From a bacterium (GTDB lineage: Bacteria > Patescibacteriota > Microgenomatia > Levybacterales > UBA12049), in the NCBI GenBank assembly GCA_021777565.1, contig JAJYDJ010000004.1:100077-140642 (forward strand): 40,566 nt of DNA. The letters are read 5' to 3'. A program made the translations under genes and the position numbers. The notes below the pieces were generated by a model. The model saw only the letters and a list, made by a program, of their open reading frames with translations. It made no database searches and was not told the DNA's origin. Shown here in pieces: positions 1-7,805 of the stretch. The stretch's first letter is position 1. Each line of letters starts with the position of its first letter.

Positions 1-2
1 GG

Positions 3-227
3 AGACTCAAAGAATACAAAGAAAGGATTGCAAAGGAACTTGGTCCAAAACCGTTTAGCATTACTGACATGGCAATTGATGGCAATGACATTATGAAAGA
101 ACTAAATATCAAACCAGGACCCGAAATTGGGAGAATTCTTAAGACACTTTTTGAAGAAGTAGATGAAGATTTATCTAAAAATACGCGTGAATTCCTGCTT
201 GAGAGAGTCAAAGAGTTACAAAAATAG
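3..227 (+). CDS. 3' end (partial) of probable CCA tRNA nucleotidyltransferase / HD-domain protein
   Basis: Frame from nt 3 reads RLKEYKERIAKELGPKPFSITDMAIDGNDIMKELNIKPGPEIGRILKTLFEEV...ELQK*. The (L/M)AIDGNDIM...KPGPEIG.IL motif is typical of the CCA-enzyme tail. Not in the ORF track because it is truncated. Confidence 0.7.
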   Translation, partial: RLKEYKERIAKELGPKPFSITDMAIDGNDIMKELNIKPGPEIGRILKTLFEEVDEDLSKNTREFLLERVKELQK

Positions 228-231
228 GCAC

Positions 232-254
232 AAAAAAAGCCCCTTGCGGAGCTC
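232..254 (-). terminator. Intrinsic terminator
   Basis: GC-rich stem GAGCTCC/GGGGCTT with GCAA loop followed by T7 on the minus strand. The G-U pairs work only on the minus strand. Confidence 0.7.
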
Positions 255-293
255 CCTTTGCATCTCTTGCGAGATATGTCTTATTGCTAAGAC
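232..293 (-). ncRNA. Candidate small RNA of three GCAA-tetraloop hairpins
   Basis: Minus strand: GTCTTA-GCAA-TAAGAC, ATCTC-GCAA-GAGAT, GAGCTCC-GCAA-GGGGCTT followed by a U-tract, directly downstream of a consensus promoter. Confidence 0.6.
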
Positions 294-299
294 TTTTGT

Positions 300-328
300 A
301 GTATATCATGTTGCTGATAATCCGTCAA
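300..328 (-). promoter_or_regulatory. Sigma70 promoter for the candidate sRNA
   Basis: Minus strand TTGACG (328-323), 17 nt spacer, TATACT (305-300). Predicted TSS is about 293, the first base of hairpin 1. Confidence 0.7.
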
Positions 329-383
329 CACCTAATTTGATACCACTTGTTATCTCATTATTATTCTTGTTAGAATAAATCAC

Positions 384-1004
384 ATGCAAGAAAAACCAAA
401 ACCACAGTGGATTGTTTTTGACATTGGCGGCGTTCTTTTCGATACGCCAAAAGCTTTGCAGACACTTGCGACCTATGCCGGTGTACCAGTTGATGAACTG
501 ACAGACTTCTTCACTCAGTCGACACTGGAAGAAGGGGAACTTGGCGAGATAGGCTTTGCTGATGCGTGGCTTGATTACTTCAAAAACTTAGGGATTGAGA
601 TGGATGCGGAGACCTTCCTGTCTCTCTATATTAGTCCAAATAATTTTGTTCCAGGGACACTGCAACTCGCACAAGATTTACACACTGCCGGATACAAGCT
701 CGCGACACTGACCAACTCATGGAAGGGGATCATGCAACGGGACGAACAGATTGAGCCACTGAACGTCCTTTTTTCATCAATTATCGACAGCTCAGAAATA
801 GGACTTCGAAAACCACACCCTGAGATATTCACCTACACCGAGACACTTCTGAGCGCTAAAGGGCCAGAACTTTTCTATATCGATGATGCACCTGCCAATG
901 TGGAAGAGGGAGAGAAATTTGGCTGGCAGACCTACAAGTACGATTTATCCAGCGATGAGGGCAAAACTGCCAACGAAATCCTGAGGGCACGGCTGTTAGG
1001 CTAG
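384..1004 (+). CDS. HAD-family phosphatase (HAD-IA)
   Basis: Motif I FDIGGVL, LTN, RKP..IF, IDD...NV. TAGAAT lies 7 nt upstream of the ATG. Confidence 0.9.
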   Translation: MQEKPKPQWIVFDIGGVLFDTPKALQTLATYAGVPVDELTDFFTQSTLEEGELGEIGFADAWLDYFKNLGIEMDAETFLSLYISPNNFVPGTLQLAQDLHTAGYKLATLTNSWKGIMQRDEQIEPLNVLFSSIIDSSEIGLRKPHPEIFTYTETLLSAKGPELFYIDDAPANVEEGEKFGWQTYKYDLSSDEGKTANEILRARLLG

Positions 1005-1047
1005 TTTGCCAACCAAAGTTGAGGGATGGTATAATAGGGACATACTT

Positions 1048-1121
1048 GCGGGTGTAGTTCAATGGTAGAACACGAGCTTTCCAAGCTTGGTACGAGAGTC
1101 CGATTCTCTTCACCCGCTCCA
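1048..1121 (+). tRNA. tRNA-Gly (anticodon TCC), CCA encoded
   Basis: GCGGGTG acceptor / CACCCGC-T-CCA; anticodon arm CGAGC-TTTCCAA-GCTTG; upstream TGGTATAAT (-10 at 1030-1035). T-loop is TCCGATT rather than TTCGATT. Confidence 0.93.
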
Positions 1122-1132
1122 AAATAACCAAG

Positions 1133-2038
1133 TCAAGTTGATTGTCTCTTAATTAGAAACTGTTCGAAGAGTTGCCTGCAGGCAATAACTAGTTCCATCT
1201 CATCAACGATCAACTCTTCAGTACCTCTAAAATCAAATAGAAAACCGCCTTCTTTCTCTTGCCCTGAAAGTTTCCCAGAATGTAAGTAGCTCGATCGTAG
1301 TTCACTGTAAAGCGTCTTAATCTTCGCCACGCCTTGACTAAGTTCATCTCCTGTAAGCAATTCCCTCATTAAATATTCTATCGCTTGCTTCTCACCTGTA
1401 AGTTGATGTGCTAATTTTTTATCGCATACCTCACAAATTGGTTGATTTCGACAATATAGAGGTTCATTAGCTAATTGGTTTATTGCACTTAAAAATAAAG
1501 TCATGTAGAGAGTGTATTTCAGGTGAGGATTGGGTAACTCTCTAAGTTCTAATGCCCAAACGTATGTGTTTAAAGCATTTTCAAGCTTGTCAAAATCCTT
1601 TTTATTCAATCTATGCATGAGATCCACACAGGATTGAACCCTAGCAATATGATTTGGCCTCGATGCGGTCCCGCTGTAGCTTCTATCTGGATAATAAAAA
1701 TTATTGGCACCAAATTTTAAAATCAGATTATCGACAATATCCTCCTGATCAATCTTCACCAGCAATGGATACGTGGGTAAACCTGTTTCCATATAAACCA
1801 CGTTTAATAAACTTTGCAGATTGTTAAACCTATTACCATCATTTAACTCTTTTGTAAGTTCAAGATATATGTAAACTACACTTGTGTCCTGTGTCTGATC
1901 ATTTTTACCACCAAAGATAACTACTTTCTTTTGGTCTGAGCACGGTATTGGGTTAATTTCATAACTAACTTGCTCATTATTAAAAATGTTGAGCGGCAAT
2001 TTAAATAAATACCGCCATAACTCTTTAGTTTCATCCAT
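1133..2038 (-). CDS. Hypothetical protein with C-terminal HEPN-like domain (ApeA/MauJ-like)
   Basis: C-terminal helical region with R-X4-H motif (LYSELRSSYLHSG) and a Cys cluster CRNQPICEVC. AT-rich gene ending just past the tRNA-Gly 3' end. Confidence 0.55.
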   Translation of the reverse strand: MDETKELWRYLFKLPLNIFNNEQVSYEINPIPCSDQKKVVIFGGKNDQTQDTSVVYIYLELTKELNDGNRFNNLQSLLNVVYMETGLPTYPLLVKIDQEDIVDNLILKFGANNFYYPDRSYSGTASRPNHIARVQSCVDLMHRLNKKDFDKLENALNTYVWALELRELPNPHLKYTLYMTLFLSAINQLANEPLYCRNQPICEVCDKKLAHQLTGEKQAIEYLMRELLTGDELSQGVAKIKTLYSELRSSYLHSGKLSGQEKEGGFLFDFRGTEELIVDEMELVIACRQLFEQFLIKRQST

Positions 2039-2127
2039 AATAAGTTACTGCTAAAGTGTATGACATCATAAATGTAATTCTGTACCATGAGTATATCACT
2101 CAGAAGAACCCTCGGGATATTTTTATC

Positions 2128-2712
2128 TTACAGCTTCAGTTTATTTTCTTTCCCTTCAAGGAGCCGTTTGATGTTCTCCCGGTGGGAGTAGGCGATGACC
2201 AGCGCTGCAAAGAGAGCATAGCAGGTGAAGACGAGTGAGTGTGTTGCAAGGATCACGATGATGATGACAATACCACTTAAGATGAGGTTGACTAGACTCA
2301 TGAGTTTGGTCGCGTACAGCCCTACGATCCATAACAAAAGGAGCAAAATAAACAAGGGCAGTCCGAGTATCACACTCATCGTCCCCGCATAGGTCGCCGC
2401 ACCTTTCCCCCCCTTAAACTTCAGATATAGGGGAAAGATATGCCCCAACAGTGCTACTGCGGCCACAAGCGCCACAGAGACTTGTGTGTGAAGAAAGAGT
2501 GATGCCAAAAGCACCGGGAGTAATCCTTTCGTGAAATCTAGTAAACCGACCGGTATCGCGTACCAGATACCAAGGGCACGAGAGACATTGGTCGCTCCGA
2601 TATTGCCACTGCCAACTTTCCTGATATCCACCCCGCGAAGCCGACTGATCAGGAGCCCGAAGGGGATTGAGGCGTATAAATATGTTGTGATGAGAAACAC
2701 AATCAAGGCCAT
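2128..2712 (-). CDS. plsY: Glycerol-3-phosphate acyltransferase PlsY
   Basis: SIPFG, DIRKVGSGNIGATN..R, D..KG, GH.FP...FKGGKG.AT, HRENIKRL..G.E motifs; polytopic membrane protein. Confidence 0.93.
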   Translation of the reverse strand: MALIVFLITTYLYASIPFGLLISRLRGVDIRKVGSGNIGATNVSRALGIWYAIPVGLLDFTKGLLPVLLASLFLHTQVSVALVAAVALLGHIFPLYLKFKGGKGAATYAGTMSVILGLPLFILLLLLWIVGLYATKLMSLVNLILSGIVIIIVILATHSLVFTCYALFAALVIAYSHRENIKRLLEGKENKLKL

Positions 2713-2713
2713 A

Positions 2714-2741
2714 ATTTGTTACAATATACATTGTAGCAAAT
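2714..2741. promoter_or_regulatory. Symmetric bidirectional promoter / operator between plsY and fakA
   Basis: 12 bp inverted repeat ATTTGTTACAAT-atac-ATTGTAGCAAAT (1 mismatch). Each arm contains TACAAT on its own strand, and the repeat fills the 29 bp intergenic gap. Confidence 0.55.
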
Positions 2742-3635
2742 ATGAATGAACTGACACTCTCCCAACTTCAGTCTATGATTCTCTCAGGATGCGCAAAAGC
2801 CATCACCCATAAAGACCAAACCAACGCTATTAATATTTTCCCTGTTCCAGATAAAGATACTGGGAGCAATATCGCAAGCACTCTCACTGCCGTCCATCAG
2901 ACGCTTGAGAAAAATAATTATCAAACGCTTCCCGAGCTGGTAGAGGAGACTATGCAGGCAGTGTTGGTCGCAGCCGCGGGCAATTCTGGGATCATGATGG
3001 CCAGTTGGCTACAAGGATTTTTACAGGCATTGGACAACAAAGATACCTACACAGCAGAGGACATGCATGTTGCCTTCACACAAGGGCATCTCAAAGCTAC
3101 GCAGTCCGTCGAGACGCCACTGCCAGGGACTATTCTTGATGTCATGTCAGCAGGTGCAACATTTCCGATAGAGTCATCAGTCACAGAAGGATTTGAACAT
3201 ACGATGATTAGGGTCCAGCAAGCACTTTCAGATACTGAGCATCATATGCAGCTTCTTGAGAGTCATCATGTCATCGATGCGGGGGCGCTGGGATGGAGTT
3301 ATTTTTTTGCCGGCATGACTGAGTATGTTTTGTCTAGTCCGGTTGAGTTGTATACCCCAGACATGCAGGTCGTCGGGGATGTGCCACTGACAGAGAGTGC
3401 CAATGTGTATGAAGTTATCGCTATTCTGAGTGAGGTGACTAGCACACGAGAGGAGTTAAAACAAACACTGGAAAGTTTGGGAGATTCCCTGGATATTCTT
3501 ATTACTGATACGGGATGCAAAATGCATATTCACACCAATCAGCCAGACCTGGTCAACGAATTACTTCAGACACTTGGCACCGTGAGTCATACCCAAACAA
3601 CCGATATGCGCACCCAAGTCCACACGTCACTATGA
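2742..3635 (+). CDS. fakA: DAK2-domain fatty acid kinase catalytic subunit (FakA-like, short form)
   Basis: NAINIFPVPDKDTGSN, GNSG, PGTILDV, IDAGA.G and a C-terminal GDSL...KMHIHT motif. ATGA-coupled to DegV. Confidence 0.85.
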   Translation: MNELTLSQLQSMILSGCAKAITHKDQTNAINIFPVPDKDTGSNIASTLTAVHQTLEKNNYQTLPELVEETMQAVLVAAAGNSGIMMASWLQGFLQALDNKDTYTAEDMHVAFTQGHLKATQSVETPLPGTILDVMSAGATFPIESSVTEGFEHTMIRVQQALSDTEHHMQLLESHHVIDAGALGWSYFFAGMTEYVLSSPVELYTPDMQVVGDVPLTESANVYEVIAILSEVTSTREELKQTLESLGDSLDILITDTGCKMHIHTNQPDLVNELLQTLGTVSHTQTTDMRTQVHTSL

Positions 3636-4489
3636 AACACTTAGGCATTCTTGTTGGTACTGATGCTGATCTTCCAGAGGAGCTCGCGAAACAAAACGAG
3701 ATCATGATCTATCCGTTTGCAGTTCACTGGGAAGGACATACAGGGAATATGCAGGATAAAGACGTACTGTATACTGCCATGAGACAACCATCACCAGTGG
3801 GGTCACCACAAACATCCCAACCCGCCCCGCAGGTGTTTCTTGATCACTTTCAGACCCTTCTGAAAACCTATCAGGATATCCTTGTCCTTACTATTTCATC
3901 CGAAGTATCAGGATGTTTTAACAGTGCCAGACAAGCACAACAACAATTACCAGAGATTGAAAGAAATAGAATTCATATTGTTGACTCACAAGCATCCACA
4001 GGCGCTGAAGGGCTTTTGGCACTGAAAGCACGAGAATTAAGCAGAGAAAGGAAAAGCATACAAGAAATCCTGACACTGTTATCACTCTCTCAAGTCAGAC
4101 TTTTTGGTACCTTTGATGATCCCTCATGGGCACAAAAAGGGGGAAGACTGAGTAGTATCCAGGCAACGCTTGTCAGACACATGATCGCTCAGGGATTTCG
4201 TCCCGTTCTGACCCTTAAAAAGGGCCAAATCGCCACCCATAAAATTCAAATGGGCACCAAAGAAAAAGTACCTGCACTGCTTGCTCAGCTCAAAGATGTA
4301 TGTACACCCGAAACATCATTTACCTATGCAATAACGCATGGAGATTGTCCGGACCAAGCAGAAAAGCTTCATGAGCAAATAAAAGTCATGTATCCCAACG
4401 CTAACTGCGCTTATACCAATACGCTTTCGGCAGTCCTTGCCGCACATGTGGGTCCTGATAGTCTTGTGTTATCATTATTGATGCAATAA
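3632..4489 (+). CDS. fakB: DegV-family fatty acid-binding protein (FakB-like)
   Basis: TSQP, ISS.VSG.FNSA, IVDS, KGGR, AHVGP motifs. True start is probably ATG 3632, overlapping the fakA stop (ATGA), not 3515. Confidence 0.88.
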   Translation: MKHLGILVGTDADLPEELAKQNEIMIYPFAVHWEGHTGNMQDKDVLYTAMRQPSPVGSPQTSQPAPQVFLDHFQTLLKTYQDILVLTISSEVSGCFNSARQAQQQLPEIERNRIHIVDSQASTGAEGLLALKARELSRERKSIQEILTLLSLSQVRLFGTFDDPSWAQKGGRLSSIQATLVRHMIAQGFRPVLTLKKGQIATHKIQMGTKEKVPALLAQLKDVCTPETSFTYAITHGDCPDQAEKLHEQIKVMYPNANCAYTNTLSAVLAAHVGPDSLVLSLLMQ

Positions 4490-4493
4490 TACA

Positions 4494-4561
4494 CTGTCAT
4501 CCTGAGTGAAACGAAGGATCTCTTTTTAAAATAAGATTCTTCACTCCGTTCAGAATGACAG
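4494..4561. repeat. REP-like palindromic extragenic element
   Basis: CTGTCATCCTGAGTGAAACGAAGGATCT ... AGATTCTTCACTCCGTTCAGAATGACAG: long imperfect inverted repeat inside an operon spacer. Confidence 0.65.
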
Positions 4562-4588
4562 AACTATGTCGAATTGCTTATAACAGTT

Positions 4589-5218
4589 ATGCCTATTCTT
4601 TTTCTTATCATTGGCTACTTACTTGGTTCCTTTCCAACCGCCTATTTTGTCGTAAAAAAGTTTACTGGCAAAGATATCCGTTTTGAAGAGACAGGTAATG
4701 TCGGTGCGATGAATACGGCACGAACCACCGGAAAGTTTTATCTGTTCTTTTTGGTATTTGCCGGTGACGCACTGAAGGGATATCTTGGCGTACTCCTGCC
4801 ACTCATGCTGACTCACCATGACGTGCTATCAGTCACCTTGGGAGGATTTGGGGTAGTCCTGGGGCATTGTTATTCGCTGTATTTTAAAATCAAAGATGGG
4901 AAATTTGCTGGGGGGAAAGCAATTGCTTCACTTTTTGGGATACTCACAGGAGTTCACTTCATACACTTATTTATTCCCTGGGGAGCGGCTATGCTGATCC
5001 CAGTCCTTCTCACGGGTAATTTATTTTTAGGTCAATTTTGTGGAACACTGGCGCTGCCATTGATTGGTTTTTTCTTATTCCCACAATACTTTCTCATGAC
5101 CGTACTTCTGGCAATTCCTGTATTTATCAAACAATGGCCACGTGTCATCCCCATGCTGCAGGGCAAAGAGCCATCATGGTATTTTAAGCCCAAAAAAAGT
5201 ATTACCAATCAAAAATAA
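4589..5218 (+). CDS. plsY: Second, divergent PlsY-family acyltransferase
   Basis: GYLLGSFP, DIR..TGNVGAMN.AR, D.LKG, GH.YS...GGK.IA. Start ATG 4589 (track gives TTG 4574). Confidence 0.8.
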   Translation: MPILFLIIGYLLGSFPTAYFVVKKFTGKDIRFEETGNVGAMNTARTTGKFYLFFLVFAGDALKGYLGVLLPLMLTHHDVLSVTLGGFGVVLGHCYSLYFKIKDGKFAGGKAIASLFGILTGVHFIHLFIPWGAAMLIPVLLTGNLFLGQFCGTLALPLIGFFLFPQYFLMTVLLAIPVFIKQWPRVIPMLQGKEPSWYFKPKKSITNQK

Positions 5219-5221
5219 CCT

Positions 5222-5836
5222 ATGACTACCGATAACTTTACCAAACACACCACCACCGCATCACTCAAACAAATGAAATTTCTGCAGCGTTTCCTCATCG
5301 ATCGTTTTTTAGTCAGACTTATCAGAATTCTCAAGCCACTGAGTGTTAGCTCAATTCTTGATGTTGGCGCCGGGGAGGGATTTACGCTGGCACGACTGGA
5401 AAGGGAAGGGATAGGGGAGAGACGAGAAGGAGTGGAGATACTCGACAGTGCACTTGCACTCGGCAAAAAATTTCATCCCCATATCAAACTCGTAAAAGGC
5501 TCTATTTATGAATTGCCCTATAAAGATAACAGCTGGGATCTGGTCTTATGTACAGAAGTATTAGAGCACTTGGAAGATCCCGAAAAAGCACTTGCAGAGC
5601 TTTTTAGAGTGTCCAAAAAATATATTTTACTCTCAGTCCCCAATGAACCGTGGTTCATGCTCGGGAACTTCCTGCGTGGCAAGAATCTTTCACGCTGGGG
5701 CAATGATATCGAGCATATCAATCACTGGACAGGGCAGAGTTTTATCAGCTTTGTGAAGCGTAATCATAAAAAGGTACGCATCAAGGCAGACTTCCCACTG
5801 CCATGGACCGTCCTGCTTCTTGAGAAGCATAGCTAG
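5222..5836 (+). CDS. Class I SAM-dependent methyltransferase
   Basis: ILDVGAGEG motif I, LPY.DNSWDLV.C.EVLEHL.DP..AL.EL.RV. Confidence 0.88.
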   Translation: MTTDNFTKHTTTASLKQMKFLQRFLIDRFLVRLIRILKPLSVSSILDVGAGEGFTLARLEREGIGERREGVEILDSALALGKKFHPHIKLVKGSIYELPYKDNSWDLVLCTEVLEHLEDPEKALAELFRVSKKYILLSVPNEPWFMLGNFLRGKNLSRWGNDIEHINHWTGQSFISFVKRNHKKVRIKADFPLPWTVLLLEKHS

Positions 5837-5874
5837 CCTCATTTTTCACAACATGCTACAATACAGGTATCCTT

Positions 5875-5947
5875 GCGCCCATAGCTCAGTGGATAGAGCA
5901 CATCGGTTCTAACGATATGGTCGGGGGTTCGAATCCCTCTGGGCGCA
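5875..5947 (+). tRNA. tRNA-Arg (anticodon TCT), integration target; CCA not encoded
   Basis: GCGCCCA/TGGGCGC acceptor, GCTC..GAGC D-arm, anticodon loop GTTCTAA, GGGGG-TTCGAAT-CCCTC T-arm; TGcTACAAT extended -10 at 5854-5862. Confidence 0.88.
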
Positions 5948-7631
5948 CAGACGGGGATTTTTGTTGAATATATTCAAAAATCGAGGCTAATTCGGGTGTT
6001 CCATCTTTAATTTCTTGATAGGTAGCTGATGTATCAAAGAGTAAGCTAAACATAAGTGCATTTTGAACTGGATCTGTGCCTGAAAGAATCAATTCGTGAA
6101 GGTGTTCCATATAATAAATGAGATAGTTGGTAAGCGTATTGACATTAATCTCTTCCTCTTCTTTATTGCCTCGTTTACATATCAATTTAAGTCGTTCCTG
6201 CTCAAGTGTATCCAATTCTGCCTCTACTGCTTTTATTGCAACTTCACTGGTGAGTTTTTTTATCGTTTCAATAATTACTCTTTGCTCACCTTTTATTTGA
6301 GCAATACGTTCGTCAAGTAACGCACTGTCACTCAGGAGGCTTTCTTTTCGTGTACTCCATGCTTCAAGTATCTTCATTTTTAATTTTTGTTGTGCCTCTT
6401 TTGTAAATTCAACCCCTTGAACAAAGCTTTCTACTGTGTCATGAAATTCTGCCTTTTTAATTCGATAATATCTATGACCTTTACTACAATGGTATGCTGG
6501 ACGAGGTTTCCCACCTTTTCCTGTTGAGGCACTTGCTTGAAAAGTCTGCATACAATGAGGACAAAGTATGTGTTGCTTATATGGATATTCAGAACTAACT
6601 GTATTCTTTTGTTGTCTCCACTTTGGAATAAAACCTTTCACTACTTTTAATAAATCTCCCTCTTCAAGAATAGTGACTTTCCCTTTATTCGCTCTATTGA
6701 ACATATCGACTGTTACAAGCCCACCTTTATATAGCCTTACTGGCGTGCCATCTGTCCATTTTTCTGTATTCACTCCTGCATAAATCGGATTTTGGATATA
6801 ATCATGAAACTGCTTTATAGTTAATGGTTTTTCACCTTTGTAATCAATAACTTTCGTCTGATCATTCTTATCTCGTACAAATATTCTTCTTGATTTGAAA
6901 CCCATATCATTTATTATGCGTACTATTTGTTCATCAGTAAGGTTTCCTTGTATGCGAAGTTCAAACATTTTTATAAACCAAACTGACTCAATTGGGTCAG
7001 CTGTACGAATGCTCCGTTTACCATGCGGAGTTTCTACTGTTTCATTCTTATATCCCATTTGTGGTCGTCTAGCAGTGTATCCCATTCTTGTATAACGAAC
7101 CTCTGCGCCAATCATTCTGCTGAGAATATCTCTTACTTCTGATTTTGCCCTTTCTGCCTCTAAAAGTTCACTCGTCCAAGAAGGACTATATTCGCTCCAA
7201 TTATATTTTACATTCAAATGGGATAGAGTATTGATCGTTTGACTACTAATTACACCATAGGTATCAACAAGCGTTACGCCAGCTTTTGCAAATTCTGCCT
7301 TTAAATATCCATAGACTGCAGATCCAGCACGGGTCACTCGGTCAATACTTTTAATAAACGCAAACTCGATCTTATATTCTGGATTTTTACAGTATTCGAC
7401 CGCTTTTAATAGAGGCTGCATGTCTAATTCACCACTAGCAGATTCGGTAAACTCAAATCTTTGTTTGATTTTTATCTTACACGAGAGTGTTGCTTCAATA
7501 CGCAAAATGGCAGACTGATTTCTATTTCCCTGATCGTTCAGGCTGTCACCAGTTAGATCCTGCTTTACAGAAGAGACTCTTCCTATTTCAATGCCGTTCC
7601 TGATTTTAGTATCCATCTCTCTGTCTTTCAT
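5886..7631 (-). CDS. Large serine recombinase (integrase)
   Basis: N-terminal RVSS catalytic motif, IDRVTR, P.GY recombinase domain, NPIYAG, zinc ribbon CPHC...YHC, coiled coil. The last ~20 codons are antisense to tRNA-Arg. Confidence 0.92.
   Translation of the reverse strand: MKDREMDTKIRNGIEIGRVSSVKQDLTGDSLNDQGNRNQSAILRIEATLSCKIKIKQRFEFTESASGELDMQPLLKAVEYCKNPEYKIEFAFIKSIDRVTRAGSAVYGYLKAEFAKAGVTLVDTYGVISSQTINTLSHLNVKYNWSEYSPSWTSELLEAERAKSEVRDILSRMIGAEVRYTRMGYTARRPQMGYKNETVETPHGKRSIRTADPIESVWFIKMFELRIQGNLTDEQIVRIINDMGFKSRRIFVRDKNDQTKVIDYKGEKPLTIKQFHDYIQNPIYAGVNTEKWTDGTPVRLYKGGLVTVDMFNRANKGKVTILEEGDLLKVVKGFIPKWRQQKNTVSSEYPYKQHILCPHCMQTFQASASTGKGGKPRPAYHCSKGHRYYRIKKAEFHDTVESFVQGVEFTKEAQQKLKMKILEAWSTRKESLLSDSALLDERIAQIKGEQRVIIETIKKLTSEVAIKAVEAELDTLEQERLKLICKRGNKEEEEINVNTLTNYLIYYMEHLHELILSGTDPVQNALMFSLLFDTSATYQEIKDGTPELASIFEYIQQKSPSVRPEGFEPPTISLEPMCSIH
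5943..5951 (+). repeat. att core (tRNA side) GCGCACAGA
   Basis: Covers the last bases of tRNA-Arg; identical 9-mer at 22655-22663. Confidence 0.7.
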
Positions 7632-7637
7632 CGTAGG

Positions 7638-7805
7638 TTATATTTTTGTAAACCTCAATATGCCATTCTTTCTATCCTCAAGCATACGATCGATGACTAA
7701 GTTAACAAAGATATTCATACGCTCATTATCAGTTACAGACTTCATAACCTGTCTTTCCCGTTTAATGGATATTTTTACTGAAGATCGCCTATTTAATTTT
7801 TTAAT
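7638..7805 (-). CDS. Small unannotated protein upstream of the integrase (candidate directionality factor)
   Basis: MKSVTDNERMNIFVNLVIDRMLEDRKNGILRFTKI* from ATG 7745. The frame is open back to ATT at 7805, which has GGAGGT 5 nt upstream. Fills the gap between the wHTH gene and the integrase. Confidence 0.5.
   Translation of the reverse strand: MKKLNRRSSVKISIKRERQVMKSVTDNERMNIFVNLVIDRMLEDRKNGILRFTKI

Noticed and set aside
163-378. 71 aa ORF in the track
   Set aside because: Out of frame with the real upstream gene end and runs across the minus-strand promoter and hairpins; no protein features.
856-1131. 91 aa minus-strand ORF
   Set aside because: Antisense to tRNA-Gly and the HAD gene; shadow ORF.
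3515-3631. N-terminal extension of DegV
   Set aside because: Overlaps the conserved fakA C-terminus; the ATGA-coupled start at 3632 fits better.
5994-6004. GGGTGTTCCAT repeated at 22630-22640 (10-mer also at 6101) as an alternative att or arm site
   Set aside because: Lies inside the integrase CDS and would not restore the tRNA; 11-mer matches are expected by chance in 40 kb. An accessory binding site cannot be excluded.
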